Shown here piece after piece: positions 16,884 through 26,398 of a stretch of DNA of 64,000 nt; position 1 is the first letter of the stretch, and each line of letters begins with the position of its first letter. The notes below the pieces were generated by a model. The model had not been told where the DNA came from and did not search any database. It saw only the letters and a list, made by a program, of their open reading frames with translations. This stretch comes from an uncultured Chloroflexia bacterium (lineage in GTDB: Bacteria; Chloroflexota; Limnocylindria; Limnocylindrales; CSP1-4), in the NCBI GenBank assembly GCA_963813535.1, contig CAWEZH010000002.1, positions 1,024,001-1,088,000 on the forward strand, read 5' to 3'. Both the position numbers and the translations under genes were made by a program.

Positions 16884-19800
16884 TCAGTGCGTCTCGTCAG
16901 GGTCGACCATTCCCAATCGCTGAGCGATCGCGGCCGCCTCGACGCGGTTCGCGACCCCGAGCTTGCCGATGATGTTCGACACGTGGACGCTGGCGGTCTT
17001 GCGGGTGATGAACAGGGCGTCGGCGATCTGCTGGTTCGACCGGCCCGCGGCGACGTGCCGGATGACCTCGGCCTCGCGATCGGTGAGACCCAGTCGCTGG
17101 TCCGCGTCGACGCCTTCGGGCTCCGTGGCGGTGGCCATGTCGATCCTGGCGTGGCGGGCCAGCGCCTCGATCTCGAGACGAAGCGGCGTGGCCCCGAGTC
17201 GTACGGTGGTGTCGTGCGCTTCCCGGAGCGCTGCCGAGGCTGACGAGCGGTCACCGCGCCCGGCTAGCAGCGCCTCCGCCGAGCGGAAGCGGGCGTAGGC
17301 GGTCGGCGCCGGCCGACCGATCGCCTGCCAGGCCGCCGCGGTTCGGGCCCAGGACTCCGTGGACGACACCCCGCGGACGCGATCGATCTCGCCGCGACAG
17401 AGTCCGGCCAGGGCGATCCGGCGCGGGTCTCCGTCGGCGGTGTCGTCGTCGCGACTCACGAGTACATCGGCGATCGGGGCCACTCGTCGCTCGGCCTCGC
17501 GCAGGGCGTCGTCGTCGTGGCCGGCACGGGCGGACGTCGCAGCATCACCCTCGGCACGCAGCGCGTGCCAGGCGAGCCAACCCGTCGCGGGGTCCAGGGG
17601 CGCCGTCGCATCGATGGTCGCCAACGCCGCGTCGGCGACCGTCCGGGCGACATCGAGCTGGCCCTGCCACGCCGCGAGCTCTGCGGTCGCCGACGCCAGC
17701 GCCGCGCCGTGCCGATCTGGACCGGTGCCGGTGGCGGCAAGCGCTTCGGCTTGCCGGAGATGTGCGGCAGCCTCGGCAAATCGACCCTGGTTCGTGTCGA
17801 CGCGCGCCCGGTTGACATGGAGCCAGATCGCCGCGGCACCGACGGGATCGAGCTCGAGCCCCTCGTCGGCTGCTGCAGCTGCCTCATCCCACCGTCCCAG
17901 GTCGAACAGACCCTTGGCGACGTGCCCCAGCAGGGCGCCCCCGTACGTCCGGGCGACACCGAGCCGCTGGGTGATGGCATATCCCTCCCGTCCGGCGGCC
18001 AGCGACTCCTCCGTCCGCCCGACGCGATCGAGCAACGCCGCCAGGTTCGCGTGCCCGAGCGCGATCCCTTCGACGCCGCCGAGTCGCTCAGCGATCACGA
18101 GTCCTTCCCGATAGGTGGCGATTCCCCGTTCGACGTCCCCGGTCACCGCCTCCGCCCAGCCGAGGATGCCGAGGCCCAGCGCCTCCTCGGACAACGCGTG
18201 CGCGGCGCGTGCGACGTCGATCGCCTCCTGGGCCATCACGTGGGCGGTGGTCGCGTCGCCGCTGAACAACCGCAACCCGGCCGCCTGGGCAAGGGCTCGG
18301 GCGCGGGCGGCCGACGGCGGATCCGCCGGGATGAGCCTGAGCGCTTCCGCGACGGCGGCGCCCGCGGCCCGTCGGTCGCCCGACTCCCACAGGAACCAGC
18401 GCTGTCGGTCGTGGAGGAGTCCCAAGCGGGTCGGGTCGGCTCGACCGTCGGCGACGTCGGCAAGCTCGGCCGCGATGATCGCCTGCTGCCCCAGCTCGAT
18501 CGCCCGAGCGTAGGCCCCCGTCAGCACGGCGCACTCGGCGGCCCGCTGCAGGACGGCGGGTCGGTCGAGGACCGTGTCTCGAAGGTCGTCGTTCGCGTCC
18601 CACAGCCCCAAGGCGCGTTCGTAGTGGTCGCGTGCCTCGGCGAATGCGTAGACGCTCTCGGCTGCCAGACCGGCTTGGACCAGGGCCGGGATGGCGCGCT
18701 CGTGGTCGCGCGCCGCGACCCAGTGGAACGCGAGCTCGGCCGGCGTCACCGGCACGCCACCGATCTGGCCGCGTCGCTCGAGCTCGAGACCGAACGCCGC
18801 GTGGAGGCGATGGCGCTCACCGTGGAGGAGCTCGCTCTCCGCGACCTCGGCGAGGAGGGCATGACGGAACGTGTATCCCGCGCGTCCATCACCAAGCGAT
18901 TCGGCGTCGACGAGCACGCCATGGACCACGGCCGGTCGAAGCGCGTCGGCGATCGCCGACACGGACTGGTCGAGCACAGCCGCGAGAAGATCATCGTCGA
19001 CGGGACGTCCTGCGGCGGCGGCAGCCCGCACGACGCGCCGCGTCGCCTCAGGCAGCGCAGCGAGGCGGTCGACGAGCACATCCCGCAGACCGGGCGGCAG
19101 CCGTCGATCGGTCCCGGTGCCCACGGCCGCCATGAGTTGCTCCACGAAGAACGGGTTGCCGCCCGTTCGGGCCAGGAGCTCATCCGTGTCCTTGGGCATC
19201 GCCCGATCGCGCTCGAGGCTGCGCATCAGGGCGGCCACATCGGACCGACCGAGCGGCCCGAGTTCGATGCGTTCGACCCAGGAGCTTCGCTCGAGCTCGG
19301 CCAGGAGTCGGACGATCGCGACGGACGGCTCGAGGTCGTCCGTGCGAACCGTCACCAGCAACAAGAGGGGCTGATGTCGCAGGTTTCGCGAGAGGTAGGT
19401 GACGAGCCCGCGGGTCCCCACGTCGGACCACTGGACGTCCTCGATGACGAGGACGACCGGCCCGTCGCGCCCGCGGCGCTCCAGGACCGTAAAGATCGCT
19501 TCGAAGAGACGGCCCTGACCGGCCCGGTCGGCCTCCTGTGCATCGGGCCGCGGCAATCCCGCCCCGGGACCGAACTCCGGTAGGAGACGTCCGATCTCCC
19601 CACGCACCGGCCCGAGCAGGCCGGCCAGAAGGGCAGGATCAATGGAGTGTGTCAGGTCGCGCAGCGCCTCGACGAATGGCGCGTACGGCACGGCCCCGCT
19701 TCCGGTCGGCAAGCAGGCACCGATCAATACGGTCGCGCCGTGCGCCCGGGCCGAGTCCGCGAGCGCACCGACGATGCGACTCTTGCCGATCCCCGCCTCA

Positions 19801-19922
19801 CCGCCGACGACGATCGTGCGACCGACCGGTGGGACCGCGACGATGCCGTCGAACGCGGCCTCCAGCCGAGCGAGTTCCCGCCCTCGCCCGACGATCTCGC
19901 CCGGCTCGATCCCCGCGGCCAA
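16884..19922 (-). CDS. Large AAA/STAND ATPase with TPR region and C-terminal LuxR HTH
   Basis: VGRGRE, Walker A GEAGIGKS, Walker B IEDVQW, TGGNPFF, GLTDREAEV...TASVHVSNIIGKLG. Confidence 0.93.
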   Translation of the reverse strand: MAAGIEPGEIVGRGRELARLEAAFDGIVAVPPVGRTIVVGGEAGIGKSRIVGALADSARAHGATVLIGACLPTGSGAVPYAPFVEALRDLTHSIDPALLAGLLGPVRGEIGRLLPEFGPGAGLPRPDAQEADRAGQGRLFEAIFTVLERRGRDGPVVLVIEDVQWSDVGTRGLVTYLSRNLRHQPLLLLVTVRTDDLEPSVAIVRLLAELERSSWVERIELGPLGRSDVAALMRSLERDRAMPKDTDELLARTGGNPFFVEQLMAAVGTGTDRRLPPGLRDVLVDRLAALPEATRRVVRAAAAAGRPVDDDLLAAVLDQSVSAIADALRPAVVHGVLVDAESLGDGRAGYTFRHALLAEVAESELLHGERHRLHAAFGLELERRGQIGGVPVTPAELAFHWVAARDHERAIPALVQAGLAAESVYAFAEARDHYERALGLWDANDDLRDTVLDRPAVLQRAAECAVLTGAYARAIELGQQAIIAAELADVADGRADPTRLGLLHDRQRWFLWESGDRRAAGAAVAEALRLIPADPPSAARARALAQAAGLRLFSGDATTAHVMAQEAIDVARAAHALSEEALGLGILGWAEAVTGDVERGIATYREGLVIAERLGGVEGIALGHANLAALLDRVGRTEESLAAGREGYAITQRLGVARTYGGALLGHVAKGLFDLGRWDEAAAAADEGLELDPVGAAAIWLHVNRARVDTNQGRFAEAAAHLRQAEALAATGTGPDRHGAALASATAELAAWQGQLDVARTVADAALATIDATAPLDPATGWLAWHALRAEGDAATSARAGHDDDALREAERRVAPIADVLVSRDDDTADGDPRRIALAGLCRGEIDRVRGVSSTESWARTAAAWQAIGRPAPTAYARFRSAEALLAGRGDRSSASAALREAHDTTVRLGATPLRLEIEALARHARIDMATATEPEGVDADQRLGLTDREAEVIRHVAAGRSNQQIADALFITRKTASVHVSNIIGKLGVANRVEAAAIAQRLGMVDPDETH

Positions 19923-19955
19923 GCGTCGATGATACCGACGCCCGTCGCTGCAGCG

Positions 19956-20474
19956 TCACGGGGCGATCGGCTGCGTGGAGAGCAATCGCGTGCGGACCTT
20001 CGCCCGGGCCCGGCAGAGCAACGTACGTGTCGCAGGGTTGCTCCGACCGATCGATCGGGCGATCTCGTCGCCGCCGTACCCCATCGCCGCCAGCGCGAGG
20101 GCGACTCGGTGGACAGGGTCGAGCTCGGCGACGACAGCGCCGACCTCGCGGCTGCGCTCGTGCGCCAGGGCGACGAGTTCGGGTGACGCAGGCTGGTCCG
20201 GGATCGCCAGCGACGCCTGCTTCCTGTCCGCTACCGAGAGATGCCGGCCTCGACTCATCGCCAGGTTGTACGAGACGCGGTACAGCCACGGACCGATGTC
20301 GTCCGGCACGCGTCCCGCGGAGGTCTCGATGGTGAGACGGAGGAACGCGTCCTGGACGAGATCCTCCGCGACCGTCGCGTCCCGAGTGATACCCGTGACG
20401 TACCGCAACAATCCCGCTCGGTGAAGCTCGTACGCGGATCCCACGATCCCGTCGACAGATCCTTCGGTGGCCAT
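19956..20474 (-). CDS. ECF sigma-70 factor (paralog of 23961..24617)
   Basis: AEDLVQDAFLRL, WLYRVSYNL, EIARSIGRS...LLCRAR; AAGGGG RBS upstream. Confidence 0.9.
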   Translation of the reverse strand: MATEGSVDGIVGSAYELHRAGLLRYVTGITRDATVAEDLVQDAFLRLTIETSAGRVPDDIGPWLYRVSYNLAMSRGRHLSVADRKQASLAIPDQPASPELVALAHERSREVGAVVAELDPVHRVALALAAMGYGGDEIARSIGRSNPATRTLLCRARAKVRTRLLSTQPIAP

Positions 20475-20583
20475 TCGTCGCCCCTTCGATCGGGTCGGCT
20501 GGATGCCGGCCGTGAGGCGACGCTCGGTCTAAGTCGATGGGAACGACATCGGGCACGAGCCCAGAACTTCATGGGACGACGGC

Positions 20584-20618
20584 AAAGAAACGACCCCGAT
20601 CCGATCGGACCGGGGTCA
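20584..20618 (-). terminator. Intrinsic terminator after the CHRD gene
   Basis: GACCCCGGTCC/GGATCGGGGTC stem followed by GTTTCTTT on the minus strand. Confidence 0.7.
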
Positions 20619-20638
20619 TTCCAGTAGCGGTGTGTCGG

Positions 20639-21130
20639 TCAGCGGCGGAGGTTGCCGCGGATCTCGCCACTGCCGTGGTTGATGCTGTGGACGTTGACGT
20701 ACGTCGCGCCGTTGCGCATCGCGCGAACGAGTTCTGCGAACTCGCCGCCCGTGATGGCCTGATCGACGGGACCGATGACGTCGGCCGCGTCGATGACGCC
20801 GGTCACCACACCGCCACGGAGCGGACAGGCCGGCTTATCGCCGCCGCCACACAGGAACGCTGCGACACCACCGTTCACGTCGGGTCGCGCGAAGTGGATA
20901 TGTGCGAAGCGCGAGTCCGAGCTGAGGTCACGGAACGTCAGCCGGTAGCGGATGGTCGAGCCCTTGATCTCGGCCGAGAACGAGCCACGAGCGGTCGTCG
21001 AGATGGACGGGACCTCGAGGTAGCCATTGAGCGATGCACGAAACACCTGATCCGAGTCGCCGATGACCGCCGGTGCGGCGACGACCAGGGCCAGCCCGGC
21101 GCCGGCGATGAGGAATGCCAACCTACGCAT
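20639..21130 (-). CDS. Secreted CHRD-domain protein
   Basis: Signal peptide; ASLNGYLEVP, AHIH, NGGV, YVNVHS...GEIRGNL; AGGAGG RBS. Confidence 0.9.
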   Translation of the reverse strand: MRRLAFLIAGAGLALVVAAPAVIGDSDQVFRASLNGYLEVPSISTTARGSFSAEIKGSTIRYRLTFRDLSSDSRFAHIHFARPDVNGGVAAFLCGGGDKPACPLRGGVVTGVIDAADVIGPVDQAITGGEFAELVRAMRNGATYVNVHSINHGSGEIRGNLRR

Positions 21131-21474
21131 ACGTCTCCTCCTTCCGTCTCGGGCATGGGCGTCCGAGCTCTATGGGTCGGTACGGTCGTGGTCGGGCGGC
21201 GGTTCTCTGCAGCCGTCGGGCATGGAAAGGCGCCTCGGCCCACCGGGGACAAACGAAGGGAGCCGAGGCGCCGGATGCGACGACTAAACCCCCGATATCG
21301 TCGCGCTCCTCGACCGTACGGACCCGGTCGTAATTGCGCCTCTATTCGCCCGCCGAGGGACATTACGCGGGCATTGCACGCCGACATTGGCGGTGACTGG
21401 AGGCACCACCCCAGGACAGGCGCGAAGGTCCTCTCGTTCGAGCTTGGCGTTGACCCGCGCTGTAGCGTGGATGG

Positions 21475-21804
21475 ATGCCCGAGCTCGACGACCTCGCGCC
21501 GACGACCGACACATCGGTCGGCAGCGGGGACGAGCTTGACCACACCGTGCGCGCCGAGCTCGTGGCGAGCTTCCTGGTCCTCGTCCTGACGGTGACGATC
21601 CTGTTCCTCGTGTCGGCTGCCGTTACGGGGCCGGAGGATGACCACGAGGAGCCCTTGGATCCCGATGCGCTCAGGACGGCCCCGACATTGATGGGCGTGC
21701 TCGAGGGGTCGGTGTCAGCGGGTCCATTCGATATCCCCCGGGTAGCGCCTGAGCACACGATCGAGCTCCTCGCGGGCAAGACCGCGGCCGAGTCGTCGCC
21801 GTGA
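21475..21804 (+). CDS. Hypothetical protein with one TM helix (3' part overlaps an opposite-strand ORF)
   Basis: ORF with one hydrophobic stretch only. Confidence 0.3.
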   Translation: MPELDDLAPTTDTSVGSGDELDHTVRAELVASFLVLVLTVTILFLVSAAVTGPEDDHEEPLDPDALRTAPTLMGVLEGSVSAGPFDIPRVAPEHTIELLAGKTAAESSP

Positions 21805-21888
21805 CTCCTCCTCGGCGCCAACAACAGACTCGAGGCGTAGGCGCTCATTGAGTTGGTCGCGCCTGGGATCCTGCGGCCTTTTCGTCAT
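21715..21888 (-). CDS. Small charged hypothetical protein
   Basis: MTKRPQDPRR...ELDRVLRRYPGD, helical pattern; TAGGCT 10 nt upstream. Confidence 0.35.
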   Translation of the reverse strand: MTKRPQDPRRDQLNERLRLESVVGAEEESRRRLGRGLAREELDRVLRRYPGDIEWTR

Positions 21889-22124
21889 CGCGATTGACAG
21901 CCTAGATGACGACCGAGCACCGATGATGGCCGCATGCCACGACATGCTTCCGAGGCGACACGTCAGGCCGCAGCCCCCCAGGCCAGCAGGCGGATGATCG
22001 CCCGTGGGCAGCGGCCCGGTATCGGTTCACGCGCCGCGTAGCGGGCGCTTGCGGTCCTCACCGATCGTCACCTGACAGCCGGAGGCTACTCTGACTCCCC
22101 TGCGCACCAGAAGGGGGCCGGACG

Positions 22125-22550
22125 ATGAGCACTGCCGGAGATCCCAAGCAGAAGCACAAGGGCACGGGTAGCAAATACGGACCACGGTTGACCTTCGCTG
22201 AGCGTGAGGCTCTCGCGAACCAGGCGGCCGCCAGTCACGCGACCGCGCTCGAGGACCCGGGCACCGGGCAGGCATTCATCCTGCTGGGCTGGATACCGCC
22301 ACTGATCACCGCCGCTATCGGCAGCGTGATCGTCGGACTCAGGACGGGCAGCCTCGGCGCTCTCGCCGCCGTGCTGATCGGCGGCACCGTCGCGGGCTAC
22401 ATCGCGTCTCTGGTGATCCTGTTCTCTGTCGGCCACAGTCTGGAGCAGCGCGGGGCGGGCTCGTTGATCGCGAAAGCGTTCGTCGGGTTGGTCCTGATCG
22501 TCGGCGTTGGCGCCGCCTGCTGGGTGGCGATAACGGTCGATCGTGGATGA
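22125..22550 (+). CDS. Hypothetical membrane protein (3 TM)
   Basis: AAGGGGG RBS and three hydrophobic segments. Confidence 0.6.
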   Translation: MSTAGDPKQKHKGTGSKYGPRLTFAEREALANQAAASHATALEDPGTGQAFILLGWIPPLITAAIGSVIVGLRTGSLGALAAVLIGGTVAGYIASLVILFSVGHSLEQRGAGSLIAKAFVGLVLIVGVGAACWVAITVDRG

Positions 22551-22672
22551 AAAGACGAGAGCGCGAGCTGTCGCCGTCTCCGAGAAGTCGACGGACTGAC
22601 GTCGACTTGTCGATGGTCATCGACGTGACGCTATCGCGCCCCTATGCATAGGCCAAGTCGGTCCACGTAGGA

Positions 22673-22790
22673 CTGTACGGGCCAGCAGTTACGTCCGGCC
22701 ATGCTGGAGCGCACAGCGGTCCAGATGGATGGGATCCTCACCCACCGCCAGAGGGCCGCTGGCGCCTGAAAGTGGTACAGCGGGTGGTAC
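22673..22790 (+). mobile_element. Relic of a tyrosine integrase C-terminus plus arm-type-like direct repeats next to the tRNA 3' end
   Basis: LYG/(shift)/QLRPAMLERTAVQMDGIL...stop at 22769; GTGGTAC at 22772 and 22784. Confidence 0.45.
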
Positions 22791-22797
22791 GGACCAC

Positions 22798-22836
22798 AAA
22801 GAGACCCCAGGCGGAACAACCGTCGGGGTCATTTCG
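22798..22836. terminator. Probable bidirectional terminator downstream of tRNA-Lys
   Basis: AAAGA-GACCCC.GGCGG/CCGTC-GGGGTC-ATTTC. Confidence 0.55.
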
Positions 22837-22848
22837 TGTGTGGAAGAG

Positions 22849-22923
<75 letters not shown>

Positions 22924-22998
22924 ACAGGATGCGGGGCGTTTCCCGCACGGATTTGGCAGTTTACATCGGAACGGTAGAGGCGCTGCCGGACGTCGGCC

Positions 22999-23307
22999 CT
23001 AGAAGCCCGGGTGAGTCCCGAACAACTGGATGAGGGCGATGCCCCAAGCGATGCTCACGCACGCGTAGAGGGCAGCGGCCTCGATCGATCGAGTCGAGCC
23101 GCCAAATCTCCGCGGCACGCTCGTCCGGCTGAGCGCCACAGCACACATGACCTCCCCGACGACGATGGCCACCACGAGCCATGGGGCTAGCAGCCAACCC
23201 GAGTAGTTGCCGAATGATTGGAGGGTGGCCCAGGCACAGAAAAGGCCGACCGCGGCAGGTACGACGGCCTCCCAGAGAAGGCCGAGAAATCGCCGGCGTC
23301 GATGCAT
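22999..23307 (-). CDS. Small hypothetical membrane protein
   Basis: GAGG RBS-like site; three hydrophobic segments; follows the Tat protein gene. Confidence 0.55.
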   Translation of the reverse strand: MHRRRRFLGLLWEAVVPAAVGLFCAWATLQSFGNYSGWLLAPWLVVAIVVGEVMCAVALSRTSVPRRFGGSTRSIEAAALYACVSIAWGIALIQLFGTHPGF

Positions 23308-23332
23308 CCTCGAACGATATGCCTCGGCGTCC

Positions 23333-23842
23333 CTAGTTCAGGACGAACCAGGCCACGAAGGTGTCGGCCGTCGCCGTGCGATTGAGATAGATCCGCGCCT
23401 TTCCCTTGATCGGGTAGTTCGGGCGAACGGTCGTCACGAACGTGCCGGGTCGGTAGCTCATGAGATTGGCGAAGCACAGTGGCGTGCCCTCGAGACCGTG
23501 AAAGGGCAGATCGCTTGGACGGAAGTCGAGGTCGACGTAGGTCCTCCCCGCCCTGACGGTGGCTCGCCCGCTTCGCTTGAACCGGACCTTGCCGTGCGCG
23601 ATGAGTGCATCGCCGTTGTCGTCGGCGATCAGGCGCAGGACGTTCGCATGGGACAGCCACTCCGCCTGGATGACCGTCTCGGTCATCGAGTAGTTCGTCT
23701 CGCCCAGGACGACGTCGCCGTCGGTCCCGGCCATCACTGCAGCAGGTCGCCCGATCGCCGATGCCACCGTTGCAGCAGCGGCCCCAGCGACCGCTGTCAG
23801 CAGCGCGCGGCGTGAGTGCCGGGTACGGGTTTCGACGGACAT
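23333..23842 (-). CDS. Tat-exported hypothetical protein
   Basis: SRRALL twin-arginine motif, hydrophobic core, VMA cleavage site; beta-rich C-terminus ending VAWFVLN. Confidence 0.75.
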   Translation of the reverse strand: MSVETRTRHSRRALLTAVAGAAAATVASAIGRPAAVMAGTDGDVVLGETNYSMTETVIQAEWLSHANVLRLIADDNGDALIAHGKVRFKRSGRATVRAGRTYVDLDFRPSDLPFHGLEGTPLCFANLMSYRPGTFVTTVRPNYPIKGKARIYLNRTATADTFVAWFVLN

Positions 23843-23960
23843 CTGAGCGGCCTCAGCTACATGTGGTTCGCAGGACTAGACGCTCACCGGGGCTTCTCAT
23901 TGCGCTCTGGGACCTCGACGCGATGACGCATCGGTCGTAGCCTCAGACGCGATCGGCGGC

Positions 23961-24617
23961 TTGTTGCAGGCTTCTGAGCACCAAGGGGACGCGCCCGATG
24001 TGAAAGACATTGGCGATTCGGACGTCGATGAGCCGGATGTCGAACGCACCGACGCCCCAGTGATCACGAGCGGCGTAGCGCCTGGAGGCGTGTCGCACGC
24101 TGTGCCCCGAGCCGCGGTCGGGTCGATCGTCGAGGAGGCGTTCGATGAGCATGGGCCGCATCTGAAGGCCTTCGCGCTCGCCGCCGTGCGCGATCCCGAT
24201 GCCGCGGACGACCTCGTCCAAGAGTCGTTCCTCCGGCTTGTCGGCCACGTCCGCGCGGGCATGGTGCCGGACAACATCGGAGGTTGGCTGCACACGGTAT
24301 GTGCGAACCTCATCATCAGCCGCGGGCGACGCCAGGTCGTGGCGGTCCGGAAGCAGTCGTCACTTGTGGACCGCTCCGTCGGCGCCTCCGCCGAGGACCA
24401 CGCGATACGCTCCGACGAAGGCGCCCGGCTCCGTGATGGCCTCGCCGAGCTGCCGACCGACGCTCGGGTCGCGCTGCTCATGGCCGCCTCGGGTTACTCC
24501 GCGGCGGAGATCGGCGAGGCGATCGGTCGGACGTCGAACGCCACGTCGACCTATATCTGCCGTGCCCGGATCCGACTGCGCGAGATCCTGTCCCCCAGCG
24601 GGGAACAGTCGACATGA
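23961..24617 (+). CDS. ECF sigma-70 factor (true start likely near 24090-24102)
   Basis: ADDLVQESFLRL, WLHTVCANL, EIGEAIGRT...YICRAR. Confidence 0.9.
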   Translation: MLQASEHQGDAPDVKDIGDSDVDEPDVERTDAPVITSGVAPGGVSHAVPRAAVGSIVEEAFDEHGPHLKAFALAAVRDPDAADDLVQESFLRLVGHVRAGMVPDNIGGWLHTVCANLIISRGRRQVVAVRKQSSLVDRSVGASAEDHAIRSDEGARLRDGLAELPTDARVALLMAASGYSAAEIGEAIGRTSNATSTYICRARIRLREILSPSGEQST

Positions 24618-25462
24618 ACGACCACGAGACCTACCTCCTGCTCGCGGCGAAGCGTCTCAACGAACGCCTCACACCAGAGGAAGAGGCCGCGCTCGAGGAG
24701 CATCTCGCTCGATGCCCGAGCTGCCGAGCCACGGCCGCCGGGATGCGGCGCGACGACATCATCCTCCGGGCCGCCTTGCAACCCGTCGGGGTATCGCCAC
24801 TCGTTCGTGAGCGAGTCCTGGCGGAGGCAGCGGGGGGCCGTCGCCTTGCTGCCGGTCGCCTCGTCCTGCTCCTCGCGGCGACAGTGGTCATCTTCGCGAT
24901 CGGCGTGCCGTTGATCGCCGGGGCGCTGCGGCCACCTGAGGCATCCGGCATACCGAGCGCCATCGCGACCGATACACCGTCGCCTTCTCTGGCTCCCTCA
25001 CCGTCGCCAGCCCCTTCCGCCTCCCCAGCATCGGCGCAGCCGTCGCCGACCGACGCCGGCTTCGTCAACGGGTCCTACACGTACAACGAACCGAACGCGC
25101 GACGTGACGCAATCAGTGCGCATTTCGAAGATGGTCGTCCGGTCGGCGCGTGGTCGCGGATCGTGCCACCGACGGGCGAGAGCGACCATTTCGGCGGCCC
25201 CATCACCTGCCTCGTGATCGCTGGCGATGACGCCTGGATGGCCGGACCTGCGACCGTTGCTACCGACGGGCGAAAGAACGCCGCAGCGTTCATCCATGTC
25301 CACGACGGCGGAAGCGACGGGAAGAACGATCGGGCCGTCCTGTGGTTGAGCAACCCAGGCCAGTCACTGACACTCCTGGAGGGCTGGTGCAGGACGCGCT
25401 ACATCCCGGTCGGGCCATTCCCGCTCAACACCGGGGACGTGGAGGTCGTGGAGAACCCGTAG
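24614..25462 (+). CDS. Zinc-binding anti-sigma factor (ZAS, zf-HC2) with TM helix and extracytoplasmic domain
   Basis: HLARCPSC (HxxxCxxC); ATGA overlap with the sigma gene; TM helix; Pro/Ser linker. Confidence 0.9.
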   Translation: MNDHETYLLLAAKRLNERLTPEEEAALEEHLARCPSCRATAAGMRRDDIILRAALQPVGVSPLVRERVLAEAAGGRRLAAGRLVLLLAATVVIFAIGVPLIAGALRPPEASGIPSAIATDTPSPSLAPSPSPAPSASPASAQPSPTDAGFVNGSYTYNEPNARRDAISAHFEDGRPVGAWSRIVPPTGESDHFGGPITCLVIAGDDAWMAGPATVATDGRKNAAAFIHVHDGGSDGKNDRAVLWLSNPGQSLTLLEGWCRTRYIPVGPFPLNTGDVEVVENP

Positions 25463-25465
25463 GGG

Positions 25466-25506
25466 AAACGACGCCCCGGCGTACCTGTCGGACGCCGGGG
25501 CTCCGT
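25466..25506 (+). terminator. GC-rich hairpin after the anti-sigma gene
   Basis: GCCCCGGCGT/ACGCCGGGGC inverted repeat; weak U tail. Confidence 0.45.
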
Positions 25507-25555
25507 CCACGCTAGCGAAGGCCGTGGTGCGCGTGGTCACCGATAGACTTCGTCC

Positions 25556-25927
25556 ATGTCGACTCCGCTCGAACCCGGCAGCCTGGCCTCGGCGAACTGT
25601 TCGCCGGCCGACGCGTCGACCCCTGCGCTGGCACCCGACGAGGTCAGGCGGCTCGCCGCCGGCCTCGATGGCGGCTGGCAGGTCGGTGACGCCAGCCTGA
25701 CTCGCGAGTTCCGCTTCCCAACGTTCGCGGCCGCGTTCGGGCTCGCGACACGGATCGCGCTCCTCGCAGAGGGCCAGGGCCATCACCCGACCATGGAGAT
25801 CGCCTGGGGCCGTCTCGCCGTGACCTGGCAGACCGATGCCATCGGTGCGATCAGTGCCAACGACCTGATCATGGCTGCCAAGGTCGACCGGTTGGTCGCT
25901 CGAGGGCTTGCCCTCAAGGACGGCTGA
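25556..25927 (+). CDS. Pterin-4a-carbinolamine dehydratase
   Basis: LTREFRFPTF, AEGQGHHP, ISANDLIMAAKVD. Confidence 0.88.
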   Translation: MSTPLEPGSLASANCSPADASTPALAPDEVRRLAAGLDGGWQVGDASLTREFRFPTFAAAFGLATRIALLAEGQGHHPTMEIAWGRLAVTWQTDAIGAISANDLIMAAKVDRLVARGLALKDG

Positions 25928-26390
25928 GCGCCTCGATCAGCCGGTCGATGAACGGGATCTGGGTGTCCTTGATGCGCGTTCGCGCTTCGTCCGGCGAGAA
26001 CCACTCGACCCGGTCGATCTCGGGGATCGTGATGTAGGTCCCGGAATTCGGTGGCCACTGGAACGGGAACGTGTTGCTCTGCGCCGTCGCCGGATCGAGA
26101 TCGCCCTCCAGGGCCCAGGCGACGACGACCTTGCCGCCCTTCTGGGTGATCTCGCCGAGATCGATCGACGCGGCATCGGGGGCCGCGTGGCCCGTCTCCT
26201 CCTCGAACTCCCGGAGCGCGACGGCCCACGGGTCTTCGCCCTCCTCGATCTCACCCTTGGGGATCGTCCACACGCCGGCGTCGCGCTTCGCCCAGATCGG
26301 CCCGCCTGGATGGGCGAGCAGCACCTCGATCCCGCCGTTCGCGGAGCGATGGAGCAGGATGCCGGCGCTTCGCCGACTCCGCTTCGCCAC
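25914..26390 (-). CDS. NUDIX hydrolase
   Basis: SAGILL, HPGGP, PKGE...ALREFEEETG Nudix box, PEIDR. Start GTG 26390. Confidence 0.92.
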   Translation of the reverse strand: MAKRSRRSAGILLHRSANGGIEVLLAHPGGPIWAKRDAGVWTIPKGEIEEGEDPWAVALREFEEETGHAAPDAASIDLGEITQKGGKVVVAWALEGDLDPATAQSNTFPFQWPPNSGTYITIPEIDRVEWFSPDEARTRIKDTQIPFIDRLIEALSRP

Positions 26391-26398
26391 GGGCGCGG

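Noticed and set aside
16884-19922. STAND ATPases as Avs-type antiphage proteins
   Set aside because: All three end in a LuxR HTH and lack an N-terminal nuclease/TIR/SIR2 effector, matching transcription regulators.
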